NCBI RefSeq assembly: GCF_006345805.1
Contig: NC_043003.1
Location: forward strand, 38,440,001 to 38,504,000
Direction: 5' to 3'
Source: Octopus sinensis
Lineage: Eukaryota
DNA length: 64,000 bases
Positions 37,288 to 49,545 of this stretch are shown in pieces. The notes under the pieces were generated by a model. The model was not told where the DNA came from. It saw nothing but the letters and a program-made list of their open reading frames with translations, and ran no database searches. The position numbers were made by a program, and so were the translations under genes. The first letter of the stretch is position 1. Every line of letters begins with the position of its first letter.

Positions 37288-37855
37288 CAAGGTGGCGAGC
37301 TGGCAGAAACGTTAGCACGCCGGGAGAAATGCATAGCCGTATTTCGTCTGCTGTTACGTTCTGAGTTCAAATTCCGCCGAGGTCGACTTTGCCTTTCATC
37401 CTTCCGGAGTCGATTAATTAAGTACCAGTTATGCACTGGGTCGATATAATCGACTTAATCAGTTTGTCTGTACTTGTTTGTCTCCTCTGTGTTTAGCCCC
37501 TTGTGGGTAGTAAAGAAATAGGTATTTCGTCTGGCGCTACGTTCTGAGTTCAAATTCCGCCGAGGTCGACTTTGCCTTTCATCCTTTCGGGGTCTAATAA
37601 ATAAGTACCAGTTGCGCACTGGGGTCGATGTAATCGAGTTAATTCCTTTGTCTGTCCCTTCTGAGTATAGCCCCTTGTGGGCAGTAAAGAAATGGATATT
37701 TTGTTCGTCTTTATGTTGTGAGTTGAAATTCCGACGAGGTCGACTTTGCCTTTCAGACTTTCGGGATCGATAAATTAAGTATCACTTGGGTACTGGGGTT
37801 GATGTAATCGACTTGACACCTCCCCCAAAATTTCAGGCCTTGTGCCTTTAGTAGA
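37288..37855 (+). mobile_element. Head-to-tail trimer of SINE family C
   Basis: The core ATTCCG(C/A)CGAGGTCGACTTTGCC occurs at 37371, 37554 and 37728. Confidence 0.85.
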
Positions 37856-37902
37856 AAGCATTGTTATTGTTGTTACTATTTTTATTATTATTACTCTTTC
37901 AG

Positions 37903-38244
37903 GTTTATGAATGTCAAAAAGCTGGAAAAGCCGTGCCATGCAAATACACGCCCAATTTTTGCGACGGCATCGGAGGACGTGGCTGCATGCTTCCCGTGTG
38001 GAAAGTTGCAAGAAAGGTAATTGATGACACGATAGTGGTCAGTACAAGAGATATAGCCGATGCTATCAAGCTATTAGTGGAGAGTAATTATGTAATCACA
38101 GAAGGAGCCGGTGCATCTTCAGTCGCAGCGGCCATGGCAGCAAAGGGAAAACTCTCGGGAAATGTTGTGTGTGTGGTTACAGGAGGAAACATTGACAACA
38201 AGAAATTGCTTCAGGTTTTGCGAGGGGAAATCCCGACAGATTAA
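37903..38244 (+). CDS. Exon 4 (terminal) of the Ser/Thr dehydratase-family enzyme (VYECQKAG...DGIGG...EGAGA...VVTGGNID...EIPTD*)
   Basis: Acceptor CTCTTTCAG|GTT; family motifs DGIGG, EGAGA and (S/T)GGN; stop TAA at 38242-38244. The four exons sum to 984 nt = 327 aa + stop. Confidence 0.93.
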   Translation, partial: VYECQKAGKAVPCKYTPNFCDGIGGRGCMLPVWKVARKVIDDTIVVSTRDIADAIKLLVESNYVITEGAGASSVAAAMAAKGKLSGNVVCVVTGGNIDNKKLLQVLRGEIPTD

Positions 38245-38307
38245 TGAGGTCTGTTATCAATTTCGTTCTTTCTGTGAAAAGCATGTTGCGATAAATTTTG
38301 CTGGAAT

Positions 38308-38313
38308 AATAAA
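38308..38313 (+). promoter_or_regulatory. Candidate polyadenylation signal (AATAAA) of the dehydratase-family gene
   Basis: First AATAAA downstream of the stop codon (about 64 nt after it); further AATAAA hexamers occur near 38512 and 38755. Unverified. Confidence 0.3.
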
Positions 38314-38789
38314 GGAGTGTTTTAAAAATGTATTCATAGCCTCAAATAGTTTGTGGACTATTTAGTATTTGAAGCTTATATATTGAAATTGGAATCGAGG
38401 AACAGTGAAAAGCTTGCCTAGAGCGGACTTTGGTTTATACATCTTCCATCATTGTAAGAATTTTTGAGGAATTAAAATCATCAAATTTAAACAAATTTCT
38501 GTTTTCAATTTAATAAATTTAAAAAGAGTGGGGGAGAAAGGAGAGTGAGCAGTAAGAGAGAGAAATGGGCAGACAGATAGATAGATAGATAGAAAGGGGG
38601 AAGAAAAAATTAGAGCAAAAGGGAGACTACTCGTGATATGTATGTTGATTTTAGATTTCTCTATCCTGAGATTAGTCGGAGAAAAAAGAGAAAAGGTCAC
38701 TTAAATTTGTCTCACATGCTAACAATATTGGATTGGTAAAACCATTGGAGCATTGAATAAAATACCTCGCGCTATATCTTCCGGTTCAT

Positions 38790-39030
38790 TACATTGTTTG
38801 CTTGCTTGAAATGGGCTGAGACATCATCATGCACAGAGCCGGCCAGGTCCACCAGTGCTCTCTATTGCTGGCGTTCATGTGCCAGCCTCTCGACATCCTC
38901 CAAAGTGACGTTGAACCTCTGGAGATCTGATGCGGGGCCTGTCACGAGGCTTCTTTCAGCCCACATCTGCTGCGTCGAATGAGAATAAAGCCCTGGTAGG
39001 ATGATCTAGCAGGGAGACGGAGGACATATC
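38790..39030 (-). mobile_element. RTE-clade LINE 3' end
   Basis: The - strand reads KKPRDRPRIR...FNVTLEDVERLAHERQQ*RALV followed by a (CAAG)n tail. Confidence 0.7.
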
Positions 39031-39229
39031 CGTACCAACTCAGGTATCTTTTCCGTCCTTTCGGGGTCGATTAAGTACCAGTCAAGTGCTGGAGTCGATG
39101 TAAATAAAATTGCTGACATTTAGCCAAATTAGAACTAATACTTTCTTATTATTATTGATTAGAAACCTTCGTTAACACTGACCTTAATCGCACATTATAT
39201 ACCAGCTCTCCCATTGTATAACAACTTGA

Positions 39230-40265
39230 GATTATCAACTGTTCCTGTAGGGCTCAGCTTCAACTAACCAATGACCACTGAACTTAGTATACTATAACTA
39301 CGCTGAGAAGCAGCTGCAATAGACGATACATTAAACTGAACATCAGCCAAGTCAATACATTACATTTAACAGTGACTGCATCGGTAGGAGATGATTTAAA
39401 CTGAGCAGTGGCATGTCCTGTAGATCATAACTGACACTCAGCTGCAGCAGCTGATTTCTCTAGATCATGATCAAATTAACTAGTGGCTATTTCAACAAGC
39501 TATAAACTGAACTGGACATTTGTTGCCTAAGTAGGTCAGATTCTAAATTGAGCAACATATCATACTCTTAAATGAGCATCAACTTCAATGCTATTATCTT
39601 AGATGAGCAGTAGAATCTTTGGTTATGCTAGCTTAAACTAAGCAGTAGCAGCTGCAAGAGGTTTATAATCCAAACTGAACTGTGAATCTCAGTAGGTCAT
39701 AATTCCAACAAAGCTTCTGCATGCTATGTTGTTCATTGTTTACACTGACCAGCAGGTCTTAGTACAGAAACTGAGGAGTAACAAGGTAGGTCAGGACCAA
39801 CTGGTATAAGAAGTTACAATTTAAAATGAGAAGCAGGTTTCAGTAGGTCAGAATATAAACTGAGCAGAAAGCCTCAGTAGGTCATAATGTAAACTGAACT
39901 GCAGTGATTCAGTAAATCAGGAAATCTGAGCGGCAAGACTTTGTGGGCTGTAAAATAAACTGAACAGAAGCTGCATAAGTAAATTACAATTCAGATTGAA
40001 CAGCTGCCACCTTGATAAAACTCTAAATTAAGCAGCTTGTCATAATCTGAGAGATCAACTTCTGTATGCCATAATATGAGAAACTGGTCAATCTTCTGAG
40101 CAATGATTATCCCAATAAGTCACAAGGTAAACTGGGTAGTTGTCTCTGTGTGTAGGCTTTAAATTGAGCTAAAGCTTACACACAGCATAATTTTAAAACT
40201 GAGCAGCATCAGCTTAGGTGGGTAATAGTTTGAACCAGTGTTGAATTTGCTCAGCTTTGAAGTTC
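39230..40265. repeat. Old, diverged minisatellite of about 34 bp (consensus approximately TCAGTAGGTCATAATCTAAACTGAGCAGNAGC); continues at 41735-42400
   Basis: Recurring AAACTGAGCAG and AGGTCATAAT motifs; spacing of 34 between 39857 and 39891. Confidence 0.75.
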
Positions 40266-41031
40266 AAATTGAATCAGTCTACTTCTTGTAGTCCAGATGG
40301 GGACAATCATTATAGAAACCCTATTTATAACATAGATCAAAATAGATGGATGAAGTAAATATTTATATTTTTTTTCCTGATGAGGCCATAAATAATAGCA
40401 TGTAGAATATTCGGTTAAAAAATCCTTTGGTTGGAAATAAAAGGTCAAAGGGTAACTTAATCTTCTACATGCTATAATTTATAGCTTTATCCACCTTGAG
40501 CTCCACCATGAAAAATAATTTAGTTCATATCTTTTAAAGTTTATAATCTCTTGTAAACAATTCTCGCTGGTGAGAATAAAGCTTCTGGAATGGATGGATG
40601 AACTTTGAAGTGTTACTGTCATGTTCGAGATGTAGGTTCATGTCTCATGAGCAGCCTTTGACTTTTTTATTTTACCACCCAATGGAGTTTTTAACTCAAA
40701 ATTCTACAAACTATGATTTATAGCTTTAACTACTCCAAGTACCATGGTAAACAAATAATTTACTTCATATCTCTTAAAGTTTACAAATTCTTATGTAAAT
40801 GGATAAAGGTATCAAAAGACATTATAACATCTTTATTAATAGTAAGTGAAAGCATATTAGATGTTAGTAAAATCTGTGTGTACAGATGCATGAGTAAAAC
40901 TCATTCAGATGAGCCCTATTACGAATCCTTAGACTGTGAACAAAGATAGAAATTCAGTTCTATATTTAAGAGATGAGGAATTATGTACATTATTTATTCG
41001 ACGGATATTTGTCCTCATCTTGTCTGTTGTT

Positions 41032-41077
41032 AACACAACGTTTCGGCTGATATACCCTCCAGCTTTCTTCAGGTGTC
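41032..41077 (-). ncRNA. Minimal type I hammerhead ribozyme motif (mirror copy)
   Basis: On -: GACAC-CUGAAGA-AA-GCUG(loop)CAGC-C-GAAAC-GUU|GUGUU. Confidence 0.65.
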
Positions 41078-41247
41078 TTGGGTAAATTTTGAACCTGGGT
41101 TCTCATTCCTAAAGTAGTTTTCAATGTTGTTATTATTATTGTTAGTGTTCAGCTCACTGCTTGGAATCGATTCTAAGCAGTGACCTGAACACTAATAACA
41201 ACGAAAAATACCTTAGGAATGAGAACCCAGGTTTGAAATTTCCCCAA

Positions 41248-41293
41248 GACACCTGAAGAAGGCTGGAGGGTACATCAGCCGAAACGTTGTGTT
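41248..41293 (+). ncRNA. Minimal type I hammerhead ribozyme motif
   Basis: GACAC-CUGAAGA-A-GGCUG(loop)CAGCC-GAAAC-GUU|GUGUU: intact core, 5-bp stem II, 5-bp stem I, palindromic AACGUU stem III. Confidence 0.7.
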
Positions 41294-43448
41294 AACAACA
41301 GATGAGGACAAATATCCGTCGAATGTAAATAATGTAAGATAGAAATTGTTACCATGAATACGTAATACTTCTTGAGAAGACCAGCGTTTCATGGATAGCT
41401 TGCACTGTTTCAACTGCAAAGTCTTTCAATGCCATTAATATCGCTAGAATCCATATGGACAACATATGCATAAATTTGAAAGACAATATAACCTTGTATG
41501 GTTCAACTTGTATAGACAAAGTGAAGGGAAAACAGGTCACAGTTTTTTGTATACGAATTCATAAGCTTCATTTTCATTGGTTGAGCTCTTGCTTGGCTGA
41601 GTACATGCTAGCAACATATATTTTACAGAATAACATTAAAGAATAAAACGTTTTTTTTTTAATATAAAATTGGACGCAAGGTTGGCCTAAACATTGCCAT
41701 GGTCCATGTTTGACACACTGGTCTAAACTGCAAAACAGTAGCCTCAGGAGGTGATAATATAAACTGAGCAGTGGTTGCCTCAATATCTCATCGACTATGG
41801 TGAGCAGGCTTCAGTATCTTGTAAGCTAAGTTGAGCAAAGGCTACTTCATGATTTAAGTTTAGTAACGGTCTTGAGAAGCTAAAATCCAAATTATACAGA
41901 TCTAACTCATAATCTGAACTGAATAGCATCCACCTCAGTAAGTCATAAGCTACACTGCAGAGCAGGCCTCAGTAGATGATTATTTTAACCTGACTGTGCC
42001 ATAATCTACACTGAGCGGCAGTTTAACTAGTGTTATTCTAAACTGAAGTGCAATGATCACTATAAAATCATAAAGTAAATTGAATAGCTAGATAAGATCA
42101 TAAGGCAGGTAATGCTAAGCTTAGGGTGAGTCATATTGCAAAGTGAACAGAGGCAGCCTTGATAGGTCATAATCGTAACTGAAGAGAACATAACTTAGCA
42201 GGTCATAATTTAAAAGCAGCTCTCAGATGATCATAATTTAAAATGAGCAGTGACCTATATCGGTCATAATCAATGGTGAGCAGTAGCAGCTTAGGCAGGT
42301 CATAATTTAAACTGTGCATGCAGGCTGCAGGTCAAAATCTAAACTGAGCAAGGACTATCTCAGTAAGAGAAAACTTTGAATTGTAATCTCAAAACTTAAT
42401 CTCCAAATTAGAGATAACTTGGTATAGGCATACACAAGGTTGTTCAGTAGTTCTTTTTACATCCATTTTATAACTACAACACAGATACTTGAACAATAGC
42501 TAGCCAAGATTCTTAGTACAATATTATCATTTCCAACAGTTAAAAAATTCTGCCATCATCACCATCTTCATCTAGGGATCTCTTAACTCTTTTGTTAACA
42601 ATTGTTTCAGTTAATTTTACGAAAATAACTGTCATTATTAAACTGGTGCTTGAAAAAAAATTAACCCCCTTGTTGCCAAATTTCTGTAGAAATACATTAC
42701 CTTTGTTTCATTTAATTTTGAAAATAATGAAGAATTATGATTATGCCAGTGTTTGGAACATGAACTGACATGAAATTTTGACAGGTTTTAATTTAGTTCA
42801 CTTTAAAACAAAAAGTTTGTATCATAGACACAAGGGTGGTCCCAGGCATGTTAGTATCAAAAGGATTAATACACCTGACCAGAAACATTGATGTTTGTTA
42901 CCATCAAACATGAAAACCTAATAGAAATAATGAAGGAATTAAGTCTACTGCAGACTATGAATTAGGTAATTCAGTGTCATGAAAGTCACCATGTTCAATA
43001 ATAAGAGTAACCTTCAGTCTTTTCAGGAAGTCTAAATGTAAATAACAAAGAATAATTTCTACATTAGACAGCTTGTTCTCTTCTCTAGCACCAAATACAG
43101 TAAATTGCTTCATGTAAAATGTACCAACTCCACTATCGTTACAATCCCCAACACCACTGTTATCATCACAACATGAGCCAATGAGTGAGTCTTTTTGTGG
43201 ATGCACATCCCTGCCATCATGTTTGAAATGGGTGGAAAAAAATGTAATCCTAGATACACTGTGTCAGTAGAAAAATATGGGATGGTTATGGCTACAAAGC
43301 TTACATTATCAGTAGCAGCAGCCAATTGGGTATCTGAAAAAAAAAAGTATTGGCCAACAAGTTTGATTCATCTATGCACAAAGCCAGCTAGTTAATTGAA
43401 TGGGATGTGTTTAGTTAGCAACATCAACCCCATATTTTATCAACCCTA

Positions 43449-43834
43449 TTCTTTTATTTCTTTTATCTTTTACTTGTTTCAGTCATTTGACTGTGGCCAT
43501 GCTGGAGCACCGCATTTAGTCGAGCAAATCGACCCCGGGACTTATTCTTTGTAAGCACTGTACTTATTCTATCGGTCTCTTTTTGCTGAACTGCTAAGTG
43601 ACGGGGACATAAACACACCAGCATCGGTTGTCAAGCAATGCTAGGGGGACAAACACAGACACACAAACACACATATATACGACAGGCTTCTTTTAGTTTC
43701 CGTCTACCAAATCCACTCACAAGGCATTGGTCGGCCCGGGGCTATAGCAGAAGACACTTGCCCAAGATGCCACGCAGTGGGACTGAACCCAGAACCGTGT
43801 GGTTGGTTAGCAAGCTACTTACCACACAGCCACT
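43449..43834 (-). mobile_element. SINE family B
   Basis: Full body and tail in reverse orientation. Confidence 0.9.
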
Positions 43835-46800
43835 CAGGGGCTAAAGACACAAAGAATCATCAGCTTCTTAGCCATCTCCACAAACATGGTTCAGTATGTA
43901 CATGTATATAAGTGTGTGTGTGTGTGTGTGTGTAACGTTTTATATGGAAAAACAAATTAACCCAGCTAAACAATATGAACAAGAGTTGCAGAGTTTATTT
44001 AAATCAACAAGTATGTTCTGGGAGGAAAAAAAAAAAAAAAACAACAATAGAAATACATAACACCAGAATGTTGTTGTTGTTGTTGTAATACATACACACT
44101 CTCTCACATGAATTAGTATCTTTCCATACTTCCCAGTTCCACTCCAGCACAGATGACGCTGTGTTAGTAGTAAACACCAACAATAGTTTTGTAAACAGGA
44201 GAGAGGGTGAGGGTGGGGGGTAGGGAAGGAAGATAAGAAAGAAAGGAAAGGAGAAAGAGAGAAACAGAATGTGTGTGTGTGTGTTTGTGTTAAGTATGAA
44301 TTACAGACAAGTGACAAAAACAAAACAAGGACAATCATCATCATCATCATCACAAACACCTATTTAGGATGGTTAACACAGTTAGTATCAGAGAATCAAA
44401 CTGATAACTTGAGTTGTTAAGAAGGTTCAAGTAAAAAATAAAAACTAATTGGAAAAGGAGAAGACCCAGTATCAGGCCAGCCTTGGCTAGAGAGCTAATC
44501 TCTATCACGTTTGGAAAATGTACAGATAAGATATAAATAATCTGGCAAGCCTGGCAGAAAGGTGACAAAAATTAAGTTTTTAGACTTTATAGAGAAAGAC
44601 ATTACAGCCATTAGGTGTTAATAATAATAATAATAAATTCTAATAGGCATAAGGCCATAAAGTTGGATAGGAGAATAGCTCAGTGTTCTTTATTATGTCA
44701 CTCTTTCTCCAAAAGATGCACAGGAAGATGAATTGTAGGGGGGAAAAAAAGCTGAAAAGAAACTACTCGAGATCCGAACTCAAACATAAAGCAATGTGAC
44801 TAAATATTGTAAGATTCAGACTTTTTATTTGGTTGATTCTGCAGTCCAACTCCTTCATAAAATCGATAGTAATCACTCCAATGAAAGGCCTTCTATATGG
44901 ACGCTCAACTTACTAACCTTCAAATCACAACTTACTGATCTTGAAAAATGAAGAAACTTAGATAAAGTTATCTAGTCTTAGAGGTGTTGTACCTGAAAAT
45001 AAGACAGAATGGTCCTGATTACAACACCTTTGAGCAAGACCACATGTTAGCTTGATCAAGGCTGATTTGGGGCTAAACAATAGCAATAATAACAATCCTT
45101 TCTACAACAGGCACAAGGCCTGAAATTTTAGGGAAGTCAGTTACATTGACCCCAGTGCTTAACTGGTACTTATGTAGAGATGGATGAAATGCTGTTAAGC
45201 ATTTTGCCCAGCATGCTAACAATTCTGCCAGCTTGCCACCTTAATAATAATGATGATATATATAACTATCTATCTATATCTAGCTAGCTATCTAGATTTC
45301 TAACAGAAGCAAGGCCAGAAAGTTGAACCCGAAAGGATGAAAAATAATAGTTGATCATGGCAGGATTTGAATGTAGAACTTAAAGGGAAATAACAGAATA
45401 CAGCAATACGTTAAATCTAACACTTCAACAATTCTGTGCCCCCTACCAACCCCATTACCACCAGAGTCTGCCAATAATGATTTCTAACATTAATAATAAT
45501 GACGATTTTGATGATGATACATAAACATATGTATGTATGTAATTCAGTCTATTATCACAATAACAAAAAATGAACACAATTAACAAACAGTACTTTTATT
45601 AGACATCTTCAGAGAGAGGAAGGAAAGAGGGAGAGATGGGAGAGAGACAAATAGAGCTGGAAGAAAGACAGAAAAAAAGGGATGTTGAAGGCAGAGAGGA
45701 AAGGACATCAGTCACAAAGAACCAACAGCAAATGCGTGTGTTTGTATGTATGTATGTATGTATAAATATCATATAAGAACTGAACATTGTAAATAGGGAA
45801 GGGGAAACAATAGTAACAAACGAACTAATAAAAAGATTCTACAAAAAAAGTCACTAAAAACTGGTCTTGGAGAAGTGAATTAAACAGTTGGTCCGTCCTC
45901 ACACACAGATGTATACAGGCATCCACAGAGACAATTGCTCATTCTTGAGAAAAAAAGCGAGGCAAGGCGAATGGAAAATAAAGCAAGATAATATTGGTAC
46001 CTTTAATGTGAACAACTGTTTCGAACAGGGAAGACCTGAGGTTAGCTTGCTGCATACCAACACCCTCAGCACATAAATAAATATTAACGTCGACTAGGTC
46101 ACGGAAGCTACAATTTAAAAAAGGTAGGTAACTCCATGCACCACAAGTTTGTTATTTAAGTTATCTCCCCTGCCAGCATTACAACTGGAAGAAGAAGCGG
46201 AGCTTCAGTGTAGGTAAGTTTCCAGTGTGTAAGGACAAAGCAATAACGATCTTTTGCAAACCTTAGTATCTTGTATGCTAATGAAGGCACCAAATGAGGT
46301 GAGAGGGAGATAGAAAGAAAAAGAGCGTGGGTGTGTATATGTGAAAGAGATCATATGCAGGGACTAAGTTATAGAAAAAAAATCATTATTATAATAATGA
46401 TGCATCATCCACTACAAATAATAATAATAGTATTTAACTTAGCACAAGGTCATGCACCTTATTAAGAGGGAAAGAGAACCAATCGATTCCGGCAAGATCC
46501 TCTCCCACCAAACAATGACATGTTAAGATTTAACCGGGTTGGGGTATAAGCTCATAACAAAGAAACGTAATTGAACACAGCAAGATGTTTTATCAGCTGC
46601 AGAATTTACTCTCCCATCCAGAGTAGTTGTAGTAATAAAAGTAATAATAATTTCATACATAGGCACAAGGCCTCAAATTTAGAGAATGGGTATGATTGAT
46701 AATATCAACCCTAGTAATCAAATCATATTTTATTTTATCAAAACTCTGAAAAGAAAGGAAATGTAGACCTTAATAAGAATACTTGAAAATGATTTCTCAC

Positions 46801-48479
46801 TAGAGCAATGGAGGAAAGGAGATTGTTTAAGGTGTAAACTGTTTCTCAGTGAAATGAGATGAGATGAGCGATCCAAGCTGGAATCAAATCAGTTCAGATG
46901 TCTGCTAACTTGTCTTATTCCAAATAATTTTTTTCTACTCTAGGTACAAGGCCTGAAATTTTGGGAGGCAGGCTAGTCGATTAGATCGACCCCAGTATGC
47001 AACTGGTACTTAATTTATAAACCTTGAAAGGATGAAAGGCGAAGTCGACCTTGGTGGAATTTGAACTCAGAAGATAGGAATGGGTGAAATACTGCTAAGC
47101 CTTTTGTCCAGCTCGCCACCTTATCTTATAATGAAACTCACACCAAGTCAGATTTGCAAAGGAGGTCACACTGAATTGAACTGACTAACTCTAGTACATG
47201 GCAAATGTTTATTTAAGTGACCAACAGGGGGATAAAAAGTACAGTTGATTCTAGCAGGGATTGAACTTAGAACAGAATATAAATATCATTGAGTATTCAG
47301 TCTGATATGATATATTCCTGACAATATGGCCCCAAAACAAAAACTTGAGCAAGGGAAACATAGGGGAAGAAAAGATGAATAAGAAAAAAAGGGAGAAAGA
47401 AATATGAAAAGTAAACAAAGATATTTCTCTAACTAATAGAACCAAACATCTACCAGTGTGTGAAGTATATCGATGAATTCTAATCTCGCTTGTCTTACAC
47501 CACTCATCTGACAAAAATATCCATTACATCTTCAGGTCTTAGTCTTAGTTCTGTCATAACCCTTCAGGCTGAAAAGATCAAAGATTATTCCAGTTTCTGT
47601 GGTGTGTATAAGTTACTAAAAGCACAACATTCCTTCTCGGTGGGATGTCAGTCCATTACAAAATGGACCCCTTGTTTGTCATTTTCAGCTGAGTGAACCG
47701 GAGTATTGTGTTCTTTATCAATGAAATGTGTTCCTTCATAAAAACACAACATACTGCCTAGTCTGGGAATTGAAACCATGACCATACAGTCATGAGTCCA
47801 ATACCCTATCCACCAGACCATGTACCTACCTTTGATTTGTAGGGTTTGAGTTTGTCTTTACTCTATATCAGAGAAAGACAAACACCCCGTGAGTGAGGAA
47901 CGTCAGCTGCAGAACAGCTTTCCTAACTGCTTTAACATAAATATAAATATGTGGTGTGAAATAATATTGAAGACATGAGCAGCGTATTTTGGCTGATGTA
48001 GTATAAGCAGTGACTTACATCATTAAGTAAAACAGAAGTGTAAGAGACAAAAGTTTGGGTGGAATTTAGTATATATCTTTTGTACATGTGTGGATGTGTG
48101 TGTGTAAAAGAAATGTAGACAGAGGACAAGGGTATATAAACACTAAAATGGAACACACACACACATACAGAAACACATTTTTTAGTATTCACATAAACAT
48201 ACAAAATCTCAAAGAAAAATACAAAAAAAAAACGTAGAAGGACTGACGGATAAAAAAGTTTGGTAGACAGATGAGTAAAGATAGGAATGTGTGTATGTGT
48301 GTGCGTGCATGAATGTATATGTATTTATTATACATATAAACATTTTCCAATATGAATATCAAGGAAAGAAGAAACTCAAAATAGAGACAAAGTGAAGCCA
48401 CAGTATCAATTAAATGAATAAACTCTACTATGTATTGAGTACTTCACTTTTTTCACTTGTTTGTACATTTAAACATATA

Positions 48480-48586
48480 TACATGTTTACACACACACAC
48501 ACACACATATCAATATATACATACATGTATATACACACACACACACATATCAATATATACATACATGTATATACACACATTCATAA

Positions 48587-48618
<32 letters not shown>

Positions 48619-49354
48619 GCATATATACACACATATATACACACACATGCATATATACACACATATATACACACACACATGCATATATACACATATATAT
48701 ATATACATATATGCATATATACACATTCACATATATATATGCATATATACACACATACACATATATATATACATATATACACACACATATACATATATAT
48801 ATATGCATATATACACACATTCGCATATATATATATATGCATATATACACACATTCGCATATATATATATGCATATATACACACATTCGCATATATATAT
48901 ATATGCATATATACACACATTCGCATATATATATATGCACATATACACACATTCGCATATATATATATGCATATATACACACATTCGCATATATATATAT
49001 GCATATATACACACATTCGCATATATATATATGCATATATACACACATTCGCATATATATATGCATATATACACATTCGCATATATATATGCATATATAC
49101 ACACATTCGCATATATATATGCATATATACACACATTCGCATATATATACATATATGCATATATACACACATTCGCATATATATATGCATATATACACAC
49201 ATTCGCATATATATATGCATATATACACACATTCGCATATATATATGCATATATACACACATTCGCATATATATACATGCATATATACACATTCACATAT
49301 ATATACATGCATATATACACATTTACATATATATATATGCATATATACACACAC

Positions 49355-49385
<31 letters not shown>

Positions 49386-49391
49386 TATATG

Positions 49392-49463
<72 letters not shown>

Positions 49464-49464
49464 G

Positions 49465-49540
<76 letters not shown>
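48480..49540. repeat. Microsatellite-derived minisatellite (about 28-32 bp, CATTCGCATATATATATGCATATATACACA) within (CA)n/(TA)n/(GA)n
   Basis: About 16 CATTCGCAT-anchored units between 48818 and 49270. Confidence 0.92.

Positions 49541-49545
<5 letters not shown>

Larger units (their letters stand above)
40986..41336. mobile_element. Palindromic Penelope-LTR-derived foldback element
   Basis: Near-perfect inverted repeat centred on GAATC|GATTC (41168/41169). Confidence 0.85.
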
